NCBI GenBank assembly: GCA_964234715.1
Contig: OZ174276.1
Direction: 5' to 3' (one strand)
Source: Podarcis melisellensis
Taxonomy: Eukaryota
Length of the DNA stretch: 64,000 nucleotides
The position numbers and the translations under genes were made by a program. Every line of letters begins with the position of its first letter. Positions within the stretch are counted from its first letter, which is position 1. The notes under the pieces are model-generated. The model searched no databases and had not been told where the DNA came from. It worked only from the letters and a program-made list of their open reading frames with translations. Positions 48,906-61,147 of the stretch are shown one piece after another.

Positions 48906-49669
48906 GGGCCTGTTTCGGCACAGCTATTGTTCATGTGTTGCACAAGATCCAGGCATAAATGGCATTTCAACAAAAGGAAATGCTTCAGACCAGTAGTTTC
49001 CTAACAGTTCACACATGCAAGACAAACCCATCCACACAGAGATTTTCCTCGCTCCCCCAGTATTTTTATTTTTATTCTTTTAATTTAGTGCTGCCATAAG
49101 CTATATCTATTATCTCTCAAAGTAGCATTTCTGTTGCAGGAGCATGATTTTCCCAGCAGTCAACCTGCAATATTTTGCCACTTGGGAAATATTATTCCAG
49201 CCCACCCATTGTGATTCTAAGTGGTGTGTGGGATATCATTAAGTGTGGCAGGCACCAAACGGATCGTGCCTGAATCTTTACAAAATTGTCTGTTTTTTTC
49301 GTTGCTGTACCACTAAAGAATAGAGCACGCATGTGAACCGAGGTTTTAAAATAAAATACTAGCAAGGATTCCCTGTCATAGCCCTGTCATTTCATGAATG
49401 TTTTTATTTAGTGCTTGGAAGTCTGTGGACTTTATTTTCAGCCCCAGAGCATGAATCTCCCCTGTTTTTCTTTAACACCACAAACAGGAATATGACTGCC
49501 TTCCCTGCTACAGGTATCCCCTCCTTTCTCTTAGGTAGCAGCAGAATACTGTATTGTGATACTGACGCCTAATGCATGCTAGTGCAAATATAACACTAGT
49601 GCTAAAATCCTGTGCCCAATTTCCTGAGAGTAAGTCTGCTCAGTGGGAGGAAACTGATTTATTGGATCC

Positions 49670-50700
49670 ATATCTTCCCCAGGTTTGGTACAAAAACTAT
49701 TTTGGTTGACATGTATCGGGAGAGAGAGGGAGCGTGTCCCTGTCGCTTTTCCTTGATGTCTCAGTAGCTTTCAGTTTCATTGGCCATATAGTGGCTTTCT
49801 GGGGTAACTGTCTGAATTGGGAGTTGATGGGTACTGTGGTGCTTGGGGGATATAGCTCAGTTCTGTGGATGGTCCTGTATAGAGTTTCTCAGGTGTTCTC
49901 TCCCATGTATTCAACATGAAGCCACTGGGTGTGGTCATTCCGAGCTCTGTAGCACATTATCATCAGTACACTGAGATGGTGCAGCTCAATTCTCCTTTTC
50001 ATCTTTGGCTGGTGAGGTGGTGGATCTGCTGAACTGGTGTCTGGTCATAGCAATAGACTGCATGAAGGTCAATAAACCTAAGTTCAGTCCAGACATGACC
50101 AAAATGCTATTAGTGGGTGGTTCCTCTGAGCAAAGGAACAGTCTCTAGCCTGTTCTAGATGGGGTCATACTTCAGGGTTCTCCTGGATTTGTTACTGTTA
50201 ACTTGAGGCACACTGAGGTGGCCTCAGTTGTGCAGAATGCTTCCCCCCAGCTTCAGCTTGGTAGCCTAGCTATACCCTTTTCTGACCAGGAATAATTTGA
50301 CTTTAGGAACCTACAGATTAGAGAACAAAAACGCCTGTACATGAAGGTGCCTCTGAAGATGGTTCGGAAACTGCACCATATGCAGAATGCCTGAGAGTCG
50401 GCAGTTTGGCATGGCACCTGTCTTAGTACAACTGCAGTGGCTGCCTATATACAATTTCGAGCCCATTATAAAAGTGCTAGTTTAAACCTATAAAGCTTTA
50501 TACAGTTTGAGATCCTAATACCTAAAATAACGCTTCTCCTGGCATGAAACTACCCAGGACCTTAGATAATCATCCATGGCCTTTCTCCTTATGCCTCCCT
50601 TCAAGAGAGATTTGGCGGGTGGCAAGAAGGCAGGTAGTTGTGCCCCCCCCATCCCAGTCTATGGAATGCTCTTCCCAGAAAGGCCCCCCTAACACCAACA
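49670..50700 (+). mobile_element. Degenerate L2 LINE (RT and 3' region) fragment
   Basis: Remnants of LDLSAAF, FNI.MKPLG, LKLNPDKT and LHWLP motifs, with frameshifts. Confidence 0.7.
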
Positions 50701-51065
50701 CTTACAATTACTGTATTCTTTTTGCTTTCTTCTTCTCCTGAGCATGTGATAGAATACGATGAGACAATTGCCTTGGCTTATTTGTTGGGCATGTCCTGAG
50801 TTGTTGATAATCTTTTTGTTTTTTGAGGTTGTTGTGCTTTTTAACTTTGTTTCATATTTCTGATAAGTCACCAAGAATTAGACAACTAACAAAATAATTA
50901 AATTAATGATGAAGTAATCTCCTAGGCTCATGAGTCTGAGAATGATCAGATGGTGCCACCTACAAACACCCCCCCCAATGATGCTCAAATCAGCTGGCTT
51001 TTTCACGTTACCAAATTCATACTAAGGCTTATTCCTATATAGACATTTCTACCATGCTGTTCTAA

Positions 51066-51426
51066 GGTAAAGGTAAAGGTACCCCTGCCCGTACGGGCCA
51101 GTCTTGACAGACTCTGGGGTTGTGCGCCCATCTCACTTAAGAGGCCAGGGGCCAGCGCTGTCCGGAGACACTTCCGGGTCACGTGGCCAGCGTGACATCG
51201 CTGCTCTGGCGAGCCAGAGCCGCACACGGAAACGCCGTTTACCTTCCCGCTGGTAAGCGGTCCCTATTTATCTACTTGCACCCGAGGGTGCTTTCGAACT
51301 GCTAGGTTGGCAGGCGCTGGGACCGAGCAACGGGAGCGCACCCCGCCGCAGGGATTCAAACCGCCGACCTTTCGATCGGCAAGTCCTAGGTGCTGAGGCT
51401 TTAACCCACAGCGCCACCTGCGTCCC
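51066..51426 (-). mobile_element. Sauria SINE, CpG-rich young subfamily
   Basis: Reverse (ACCTTT)n tail and tRNA head; 12-bp TSD atgctgttctaa at 51054-51065 and 51428-51439. Confidence 0.93.
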
Positions 51427-52688
51427 TATGCTGTTCTAAAGCAACTGTTAATCAAGGAGGCATGCAACAATTAAAACCAACAAATCATCATAAAATACTG
51501 TTATTTTAAAAATGCAAGGTGGACAAGCATGGCAGATTGGTGGGTGGTCGTCCAATCAGGGACAAGAGAGATAAAGAAACAAAAAACATCCCGAGAGAAT
51601 TTTTTGCTTTCAGACCCCTTGCCTAAGAACTAAAGGCCAAGACTAGCTCATTTTCCTCTTGGCTCTTAAAGAAAAGAAGAATACCATCTGGGGTTTATCA
51701 GATCCTGTCATAACAGGCCTTGGGAAAGCCTTAAAGACCTATTTGTTCTCTTTGGTTTTCTTTTGAGCTGTTGCTGTATTGGAGGGCTGGTGGCTGGATA
51801 GTGGCTGGATAGTTGGTTTATTACAATCACTGGCTTTTATTAATGAACTGAGCAGGTTTCTGTACCTTCTCTTCTGTAAACAACATTGGGAGGGTTTCAC
51901 TCACACTCTTCAAAATGTTTTAAATAATTGAAAATGAATTTCAACAGATTTTGTCCTGAAGCTGCAAAAACACACTAGGCTCTGGCTCAGCACTCAGCCA
52001 AAGATGCTGCACCCTGCCCTGCCTCATGTATTCAGTCCTGGAATCATTATGGAGTTCTGGATGCCGGATTTTAAAAAAAATATTATTTCAAGAGGTGGCA
52101 AACCAGATTCCTACACATAAGCGAAGAAAGGTGAACTCCGCATGTAGACAGTCATCTGAGAGGATCTTAAAGCATGTACTCTGCTGCACACCTTCTGTGC
52201 AGGAATTTGGAAACCTGTGATGTTGCCTTACGTGGAAAATAGCAACAGTTGTGTGTTTTTGCAAATTCAGAGGCTGTTGTGGGGGGGGGGGGCAGGCCTT
52301 GTGTGTGTGATCCTACTCTCTCCTTGTGTATTCCAAACAAGAGGCTAGAAAGAGGAAGCCACAAGACCCCCCAGAATCCTCTTCAGTTTCCCGGCTGAAT
52401 GTTATTTTTATTATTTATTAATTCATGAATCATGTTTTTAATGCCTGTCAAAGTGATTTACAAACACACACACACACACATGCTAGAAATAGTTTTAAAA
52501 ACAGTACACACAGTACACCTACACCCCGGATATAGGTGTAAAAACAATGCAAAATGAACATCTAAGGCAGAGACTTTTTCGCCCAGCTGGAAAAGCAAAT
52601 AGCAGCATGTTTGTTTGTCGTTGAGTGCATAGGTAGTGGAAAGCCACAGGCAATCCTAAAGCATGTGCCTGTGTAATACATGCATTTG

Positions 52689-52826
52689 TCATACAGTTGT
52701 AGAACGGGAAGAGACCGCGAGGGTCATCTAATTCAACTCCCTGTAATGCAGGAATCTTTTGCCCAACGTGGGACTTGAACCCACGGCCCTGAAATTAAGA
52801 GTCTCGTGCTCCAGCAGACAAGCTAT
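52689..52826 (-). mobile_element. Squam2-like tRNA-Lys SINE
   Basis: Homologous to 26374-26520. Confidence 0.75.
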
Positions 52827-53810
52827 TTGTCACATGCATGCAAACTCTGTGTCTTTACATGTACATGGAAGAAACATAATGTGCGAAGCGGCCCAAACGG
52901 GAAGAGGCAATTGAGAATGGATGTAGCAGCGACAGGGAATGAGAGGCATAACTTTTTGGATAGCATGGGGTGGGTGTGGGGCTAGGGAAGCTTCCCACTG
53001 AGTCGATCCAATGTCTTGTGCCCTATCCAGCTCCATCTGGCTCTGTCTGCACCTCCCTGCAGGGCCCCCTCCCCGCCCTTTGCAGCTGTGTCGCCTCCGG
53101 CTTGGAGCCATTTGGATTTTGCAAACTAAGCAAGGTCAGGCCAGGAGAAAATGTGGAAGCGACAGCCCTGGGGGAAAACTAGGGTGCTGCAAGGGCACTC
53201 CCTTCAGCGTCAAAGCCTCCATAGCCGTGCTATTCCAGTGCCAGGAAGCACTGTAATTATTGGGGTCACGAGGCTATGGCTTTTGTAATAGCTGGCTCAA
53301 TCAAAGCTTTCCCTTTTGCAAGCAGTGCGCCCCCAGTTGTCTTAAGGCGGCAGCAGGGTGTAGCACTCTGGCGAGAGGTGCCTGCTCCAGACAGCACTGA
53401 AACGTAGGCATTCGCAGCCATTCAGTTTGAGTAATTCCAGCCACCTCCTTCACTTCCTCTCCTAAATTGCCCAGCAGGATTGTTGTGTGGCAATTAGAGA
53501 GCAAGCTGCTCTCCGCCCCAGAGGCAGCTGCAACGCAGAGATCCCTTTATAAACAGCTGCTCATGCCCTAGAGAGAACTGTAAACTCAGCTCTGGGCAAG
53601 GAAGGCATCAGTGTTTAACTCAGTAAAGCTCTTTAATGTCTTCTGGCGGAAATGATACCGGACATTGTTGCCTGGTTCCTGCTTGCACACACAGAACTTC
53701 ACTCTGTCCTCTCTGGGGCAAGCCAGAATTGTCCTAAATTATTTTCTTTTCATCTCATACCTATCCTCAGTCTCTGTTTTCGTCTCTTTGGAGAATATTG
53801 CCAACCATCG

Positions 53811-53814
<4 letters not shown>

Positions 53815-53852
<38 letters not shown>

Positions 53853-54170
53853 CCCTCCCATCTATCTGGGTTGCCCCAGCCACTCTTGGTGGCTACATAA
53901 TAAAACATCAAACATTAAAAACTTCCCAATACAGTGCTGCCTTCAGATCTCTTCTTAAAGTTGTATAGTTCTTTATCTCTTTGACATCTGATGGAAGGGA
54001 GTTCAGTATCCTCAAGGATTTCATTGCACACAGATCTGGAAAGGTGGGTTTTACCATCCGTTTCCCACAGAATAGTGTAGGAATCAATGGGAACCAGGTT
54101 TTCTTGTCTTGGACAAAAGGGGTACAGACCTGAATCATAGTGCTGGTAGGCCTCCTTCAGACACACTAAT
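53815..54170 (-). mobile_element. L2-type LINE 3' end with (AAT)12 tail microsatellite at 53815-53850
   Basis: Typical squamate L2 3' UTR read in reverse, next to the AAT repeat. Confidence 0.6.
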
Positions 54171-54322
54171 TCTCACCTCCACCCATTCCTCATTCTCCTA
54201 TTAGGGTCCTTGGGGACTCTCCTTCCCATGTACATTGGTAACATTTTTGTGTTATGCCATGCCAAGAAAGGGCGTTCTCACATTCTGTAATTCAACTGTA
54301 ATATATTCAGGCCAGCTGGAGC

Positions 54323-54533
54323 CAGGGATGAGGAACCATTTCAGCCCAGGGGCTACATTCCCCTATGGGCAAACTTCCAGAGACCACATGCCAGTGGCAG
54401 GCTGTGCCAGAAGCAAAAGAGGGCAGCGGGGGACATATGACCTGGGCAGAGGGGTGTGTGGCCTGGGGAAAGTCCTGAAGGCTATAAAAAGAGTCCTGGA
54501 GAGCCGCAGTTGGACCCCGTGAGCCCACCCCTG
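54323..54533. mobile_element. Old hAT non-autonomous element
   Basis: cagggatgaggaacc ... cccacccctg termini flanked by an agctggag direct repeat. Confidence 0.55.
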
Positions 54534-55269
54534 AGCTGGAGTATTCATTTAGTTTTAAAGCATCTCACTTCCACTTTCTCTCTTGTACCAACAGCATCCA
54601 CACATGCACACAAAAAAAGTGGCTCAAATGTGCTTCGTCATGTCCAAGCGCAGAGTATCTTTAGATTGAATCAGAAAAGTATTTGGCCGCTTGTGCTTAT
54701 TCAGGAATAGGACCTGGAGTGTGAAATCCCTTGAACTCCATTTCTGGGGTTGAGATCTGATTCCTAGAGCAGGAGGAAGCAGGGAGAACCAGAATGTCTG
54801 GGTTCTGTATGTCCTGTTCGGGAAAGGAAGGGGTTCTGGGTTTCCTAACTCTGTCAGTGACTCAGGCCGCAATCCAGTTATTCTAGACCATCCAGTTGCT
54901 TTTAATAGGGCCACTCCAGAATAAACGGTCTGTGGAATGAAACTTCAGTGTGTTCTTCCTCTCTTTGCTCTGTGTGCCCTGAGCCAGAATCAGTATCCTG
55001 TAGGAAAGTACAGATGAACAATGACTCCATGGTTCAAGATTATTGGCAGTGTGAGACCAGCCATGTGCTCACTTGATTCTTGTCCATTTAGGCTGATCAA
55101 AGCAGCCAGGGGAATGGGTGAGGAGAATGGTAAATGCCTCCTTAGAGAAAGACATAGTTCTATCTAACCTTAGGATCACTGTGAAAAGACTACAACTGAA
55201 AAAAACAAACACATTCTTTAGATCCCTCTGTATTGGATGACTACCCACCAGTCTCAGATTTGCCATTAT

Positions 55270-56045
55270 TGGGCAAGTTTCCAAGTGGCACCTCAGTTTT
55301 GGTAAGGGGTTGTTGGTTTTTGATGAAATTGATTATTTAGACCCCTTTCTATCTGATTTCAGGCCTGGTTTGGGGACTGAGACAGCTTTGGTTGCATTGG
55401 TAGGCAATATTTGTCAAGAATTTGACAGGCAGAGTATGTCCCCATTGGATCTGCTGGACCTCTCAGTGATGTTCAGCTCCATGACCATAATACAGTATCC
55501 TTCTGGAATGACTGATGAAGTCTTGAGTTTAGGAGGAACCATTTTACAGCAGTTCCACTCCTTCCTTGAAAGTCAGTTCGAAAAGGTAGAGTTGGAGGAC
55601 TTGGTGCCTTGGCCACTGGGTTATGGTGACATGCAGGGTTAGATCTTGTCCTCCTGATTATATAAATCTACATGAAGCCACTGATAGAGATCATACATGA
55701 ATTCAGGGTGCACTGCTACCAATATTTAGATTACTGTACTTCCAACCTCACTTCTCCTTTTCATCTAACAAAATGAAAGCTCTTGATGTTCTAAAATCAG
55801 TGAGTGGATGAGGGCTTTCAGTAACTGAAGCTTAACTCAGACAAGACAGTGGTGCTCCTAGGTAGAAAGGAGATGAATTCTGGAATAGGAATTCAAAGTG
55901 TTTTGAAGTGGCAGCTGCGGCCAGAAGTGCCTTTGGTCAGCTGAGGCTGCTGTGCCAGTTGCATCCTGAGGTCAGACCTGGCTTCAGCAGCACATGCCTT
56001 AGTGACATCTAGGTAGGATTATTGAAGCACACTTTATGTGAGGCG
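55270..56045 (+). mobile_element. Degenerate L2 LINE reverse-transcriptase fragment
   Basis: ORF 55310-55642 reads DYLDPFLSDFRPGLGTETALVALV...LLDLS, matching the L2/CR1 RT motif DPFQSGFRPG.STETAL...LLDLSAAF. Confidence 0.8.
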
Positions 56046-57149
56046 GAGTGACTAGCTGTTGGACACAGGGCTCCAGTACTGGGCTATATAAATCATTTGT
56101 GGATGTGAGATAGGGGAATTAAATTATGTGTTGCCTCTGTGCGCAGGTATGAATATGACCTGTGCTCACTAGGTGGTCTTACACAAGCCGTTATTTCTTA
56201 GCTTGTCTCTCCCTTCCCATTTGCAGAATGGGGGATAATGACACTGATATTTTTTAAAATGGATTATAGCTACTGTATTTCCATACAGCAGTTTATTGTG
56301 GACTCAGTGCTGCCCATCCATGCAAAGGTCTCTCTTTTTTGGTACAGTCCACACAACATCCTCATCAAAATGCCATCCAATATCCGCCCCCCCCCTCATT
56401 AAACCACATTTACCATTTCTGTGGGATTTTATTTACTTACTGGATTTGCTGCATAAACTGTAAATCCAGTTTAAATGGGGAAATAATGCAGGATGGCATT
56501 TATATGAGGGCCTTTGACAATTTGTATTTATTAAGTTTATATCCATCCATTCCTCCCAAAGGAGACTAGGTTGGCAAACACCAAAGTAATGGAACAGCTG
56601 ATAAAAAAATATGAAACTGTAAAAAAAAAAAATCCACGCACGAGCAGCCCCAGACCACAGTAAACCATTCTGTGGAAGCACCTTAACTGCATGTGAAGCA
56701 CTTTGAAGACTTGAAATCCCAATGCAAGTGTCATGTATGAACTCAATGTTGTTGTTGTTTTGACTATACACGATTTTGCCTTTAGAAGCAATCCCCGAGA
56801 TGTAACCCCCACATAAGTTGTGGGCTTACTGTACTGTTCCAAATGCACTGGAAACCAACCAATGGGAATACCCTGCTGTACGCCCGGCTGTATACTGTAT
56901 AGTGCACGTTCATAGGCAGATCCTGCCTCAGAAGGCCCAGACTGGCCGGACTATTTCCTTGTCCTCTGGCTCTGTCCATCATGGTGTGGGAAAGCCCTGT
57001 GACTACACACGCCTCTTGTTCTCGTTTTTGCATTGACATTTCTGTAAATTGGGGGGGGGGGGATATAAAAGTTCGTTTTGATTCTTAGCAAAGGAAACCC
57101 TAACCTCACTCCTGCTCCTCCTTGATGTATGTATAGACTGCAAGCGCAC

Positions 57150-58050
57150 CTTCCTCCCCGTTTCCCGATACGAGTCAATGCGGTCTCCAAGTCATGTCAT
57201 CTTCCCCTTATGTTCATGTACACACAAAACATCGACGGTGAGGAGGAGGGAGTCGGGGACGCGCCCGCAGATTTCCCCCCTTAGGAGCCCCCGGGGGTTG
57301 CTCCCCCCTCCCGCGGAAGTCTTTAGCCCAGGAGCGCGCGGCCTTACTCTCCGGTGCGAGAGGCACTCTGCACGTGCACGTCGGAATTCCTCGCGGGCTC
57401 CGGGGTTACGCTTTGAAAAGCTTGTTCTGAAGGCTCGGCCAGTCGCAAGGCGAGGGTGTGTTTGTGTGTGTTGACTCTTAGCAGCCAGGCAACGTGGTTA
57501 GGGTCGCTTCGGCGCTGGGGGGGGGGCCGACACTGGAGGGGGCCCTGCTCCGCGACTAGGACCGGGGAGGAGAAGGGGACGGCCCGCTTTGCCGCCCCTC
57601 CTTCCGGCCGTATTGTTAACCCCGGAGTGCCCGACCCCAAGGGCCGTGGAGCCTGAGCGGATGAGGGGACAAGGCAGCTCCCTGACTCGGCACTTTCTGT
57701 GCTGCTGACTTGGGGCTTTCGGGGATCCCTGCCGCCGCTCCCCGGCGAATGCGTCGGAACTGGCTCTGCCCCCGCAAAAGGGCAGCGGGTTCAGCCGGGC
57801 TGCGTGCGCGCGCGCGCCTCGCCCTGCCCTCTCCCCTCCAGGATGTGAGCAGGGTTCCAGGAATGAGGTTGAACCCGTTGGGCCGGTCCCCGCCTGGAGG
57901 CCCCGGAACCTCATTCCCTGGCGCTGAGCAGGCCGGACCCGGGAGCCACAACCTCTTCCCAACGCGCTGGCCCGGTGCCAGACCCAGCGGCTCCTTGTAC
58001 CGGGCTTCGTTAGGTGGGAAAGATGGGCAGCTGCAGGCAGGGAACTTTGA
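57150..58050. promoter_or_regulatory. Second CpG island with no identified coding exon (orphan CGI, enhancer or alternative promoter)
   Basis: About 0.9 kb of dense CpG (gcgcgcgcgcgc etc.) in an otherwise CpG-depleted background; its ORFs are GC-composition artefacts. Confidence 0.75.
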
Positions 58051-58671
58051 AGGGGCTGGTGTGTGCCATTTCACACACACACACCCTTTCTAATTGACCA
58101 AACAGCTCGTTTATGCTTCATGATAACTTGGCTTGTTAAAGCTTCTGGGGTCTCGCCCGTTTCTTCAGGAACTCTGTGCTTTACCTTCTTATTTTGCCAT
58201 CACCACGCTCCCACTTTACAGGAGGAGAAACTGAGGCTGAGAAATCATGACTCACGCAAGGCTCCGTCACGCTTTGAGCCCCGCAGCAAACCCCTTGTTT
58301 GACGTGGGGCCTAGTTCTCAAGAACAGATGAGATGTAAACCTGTTTCCAGATAGTACTTCTCAGATTTCAAAAAGGGGCTCACATAATGGAATGCTCACA
58401 CGCTACTAAGTGTTGAAAGCTAGTGTGTTGGCAAGATCCCTTCCTTTCTCTGTACAGGGAATTTGGTGTGTGTAGGTGTAATGCAGTCATGTGACATGGC
58501 ACCATCCTGACACTAGTTTACTATCTAATCTGCTGTGAGAAGTAGGGAGCCACAGTCAGCTTCACTTCCCTGGCAATGGTACCCCTATAATATATGCGTT
58601 TGCATACAAAGCTTGTTGCAAACATGCCTTGTATTTTTCAAACAAACAAACAAGTAAAGTATTTTATTTGT

Positions 58672-58794
58672 GTTGTTGTTTAGTCGTTTAGTCGTGTCCG
58701 ACTCTTCGTGACCCCATGGACCAGAGCACGCCAGGCACTCCTGTCTCCCACTGCCTCCCACAGTTTGGTCAAACTCATGCTGGTAGCTTCGAGA
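58672..58794 (-). mobile_element. RTE-BovB 3' end, heavily 5'-truncated
   Basis: Reverse complement of about 15095-15213; TSD attttatttgt at 58661-58671 and 58804-58814. Confidence 0.88.
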
Positions 58795-61101
58795 GTGGAG
58801 TACATTTTATTTGTACTCCACTCTTAATCCATGGCTGGGATTTCTGCTCCTGCAGGTTCAGCATTCTATCTACTAGTGTTGGTGTCCAGTTTATGATGAA
58901 CACCATGAACTTGGGTCTAAGGGGGAACTCATGAGATCATGAGGAGCAGGGCTTTGGTGGTCCATTGCTAGAGATGAAAAAATATATAAGGGACACCTGG
59001 GTGATTTGGTCTCTGTAGCCTCTGAAACTGGGTATTTCAGAATGAAAGAACTTTAAAATAAGGGGTATTCCCTCAAATCATAAGACATCTAGCACCTCTA
59101 ACCTCTTCTCTCTGCCCCATTCTCTGGGGGCAAGAGCACTGGGAGAGTCAGTGGAGGAGGGGAGTTGAAGGATCTTCTGGAGCAACAGCCTCTGTCTCTG
59201 ACATCAGACACTTCCTCTCACTCTCAACCACTTCCTGAGCAGCAGCGCATTATTTTCTGCTGGTCGACTGCAAAGTAGAGACCGGGCATGGGGGGAGGGA
59301 ATACATGCTTGCAAGCACATGGCAAGGGAATGGCGGGTTGGTTTTGCTGCATAACCTCTCCTGATTTTCTACCCTGAAATGTAGAACTCGGAAATAAGAG
59401 TTCACTTGCACTCCAGTGCTCACGGTCCCAGCCTCCCTCCCCCACAGCAGCAGGAAGTCTGGAAGCTGGAGTTCTCTCTCGGCTCTGCTACCGACTCCCT
59501 TAAGTTCCTTGGGAAAGTCCCTGACACTCCCTAGCTCTTTTCCCCATTAGCTCAATAAGAATAACAATAAAAAACGCTTGGAACCACCCATTTGATCTCT
59601 GACACGTTTAGGGCAGGGAGGTTTTAATGATTTTATCATTAGGATCCTTAATGAGCATGGCAGGATTCTAGGTTTTGAAGCGGAGGTGATGTACTAGGGA
59701 CAACTGCCAGACCCTTTAGCCCTATAGCTCTTGGGTACCCAGGTGTTCAGTGCTTGCCTCCTAGAACTGTCTGGAAGAGGCGCAGGAAAACATTGGCAGA
59801 GGCTCTTGAGTCTCAAGGTGGGGCGGGGGATTGCTGAGGGGAACCCATTCTTTGTGGTTCAAGGCTGGCTCTGACTCATACCTGGGCTAGAAGCTACTCT
59901 GCAAAGCTGACCCGACTAGAATACCCCTTCTGGATTGTCTGAACTGTCAACCTGTCCTCACATAACCTGTCTGGGCCTGTGGTTTGTCATGTTCTAACAA
60001 GGCTATGCCATCCCTTTCAAGTGTCCTACCCTGACTGAAGCACATCCCCTTTTCTGACTGAGATTCTCACCATGTGTTTATGTTCTTCTCCATTTCTCTA
60101 CCAGCATGTTTATCAGGCTGCTGGAGACTGTTGTGGTAGCAACCACAGAAACTACCAGCGAAACTCCTTCAGAAATTGCAGGTTCCCTATATTTCTAGGC
60201 AGGATTGTGATTGTTAGAAAAATCTAACACGTTCTCTCAAATACCTGTGTCCCCCTAGTTTTTCCAAAAGCAATTCCAGTTTTACAGAGTGACTCACCTG
60301 TAAATGTCATCCCTGCTCTCTAGGGCCTTCTGATACAGGTTATCTGAATCACGACTTTGTGCCTGGGGAAGACATCTAGAACTGAGGATCAATAGAACTG
60401 AGTGGAACTGACTTGTCTAGAATATATTTCCCAGCTGGGTTTGGATGAACCTCTCCCTTTGGGGTAACACAGAGTGGGAAGGGATGGATGAGAGAAGAAA
60501 TGGGGAGCCTTTGCCTCTTCCTATGTTGTTGTGCTATAACTCCCAGCATCCCTGTTGTCTTGGGCTAATGGGAGTTAAGAGTCCAACAACATCTGGAAGG
60601 CCACAGCATCCCTGAATTAGAGCCAGCTTCGGTTTACTGGGCCATGTGAATCTTCTGAACCCGGAGATCAAAACACTGGGAGACAATAGGTGTGATTCTT
60701 TGGAGAGAGTTGTGATGTTTAGCAGTATTTTGCAAACATTTAGGGTTCAGTTCACTCATGGGAGGAGGAGATTGTCAAAAAAAGAAAGAAAGCCCAATTG
60801 CTCTTTCCATCCCAGCCTGTGCCATCCCACGCAGCTGTCTCCCAGCTGTGTAAAGGAGTATATTTATAGGAAGGAGAAGTTGAGCAGGCCTTAAAGTCCC
60901 TAAAATTCATGGGTGTCGGTCAAGCAGAGGAAGAGAAAAAACAGGAGGAAGAAAAGAACATTCAGAGCCAGGGATCCTCGCAACAGAATAAAATGACTTG
61001 CAGTGGCCCTTGCCTCCTAATTAATTAATTAACCCCAATTTTAAAAAAATTCTGGAGTAACTACTGTTTTCCTGGAACTTCACAATCAAAAATATGAATT
61101 G

Positions 61102-61111
61102 TACACACACA

Positions 61112-61147
<36 letters not shown>
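61102..61147. repeat. (AC)n(AG)n compound microsatellite
   Basis: Seen directly. Confidence 0.9.

Noticed and set aside
55310-55642. 110-aa ORF with reverse-transcriptase-like motifs as an active or domesticated RT
   Set aside because: Degenerate L2 fragment with substitutions in conserved motifs and downstream stops and frameshifts
57178-58093. Several 98-154-aa ORFs in the second CpG island, including a possible JUNB
   Set aside because: Arg/Gly/Pro/Ala-rich products expected from stop-poor GC-rich DNA; no Jun delta or bZIP motifs in the listed ORFs
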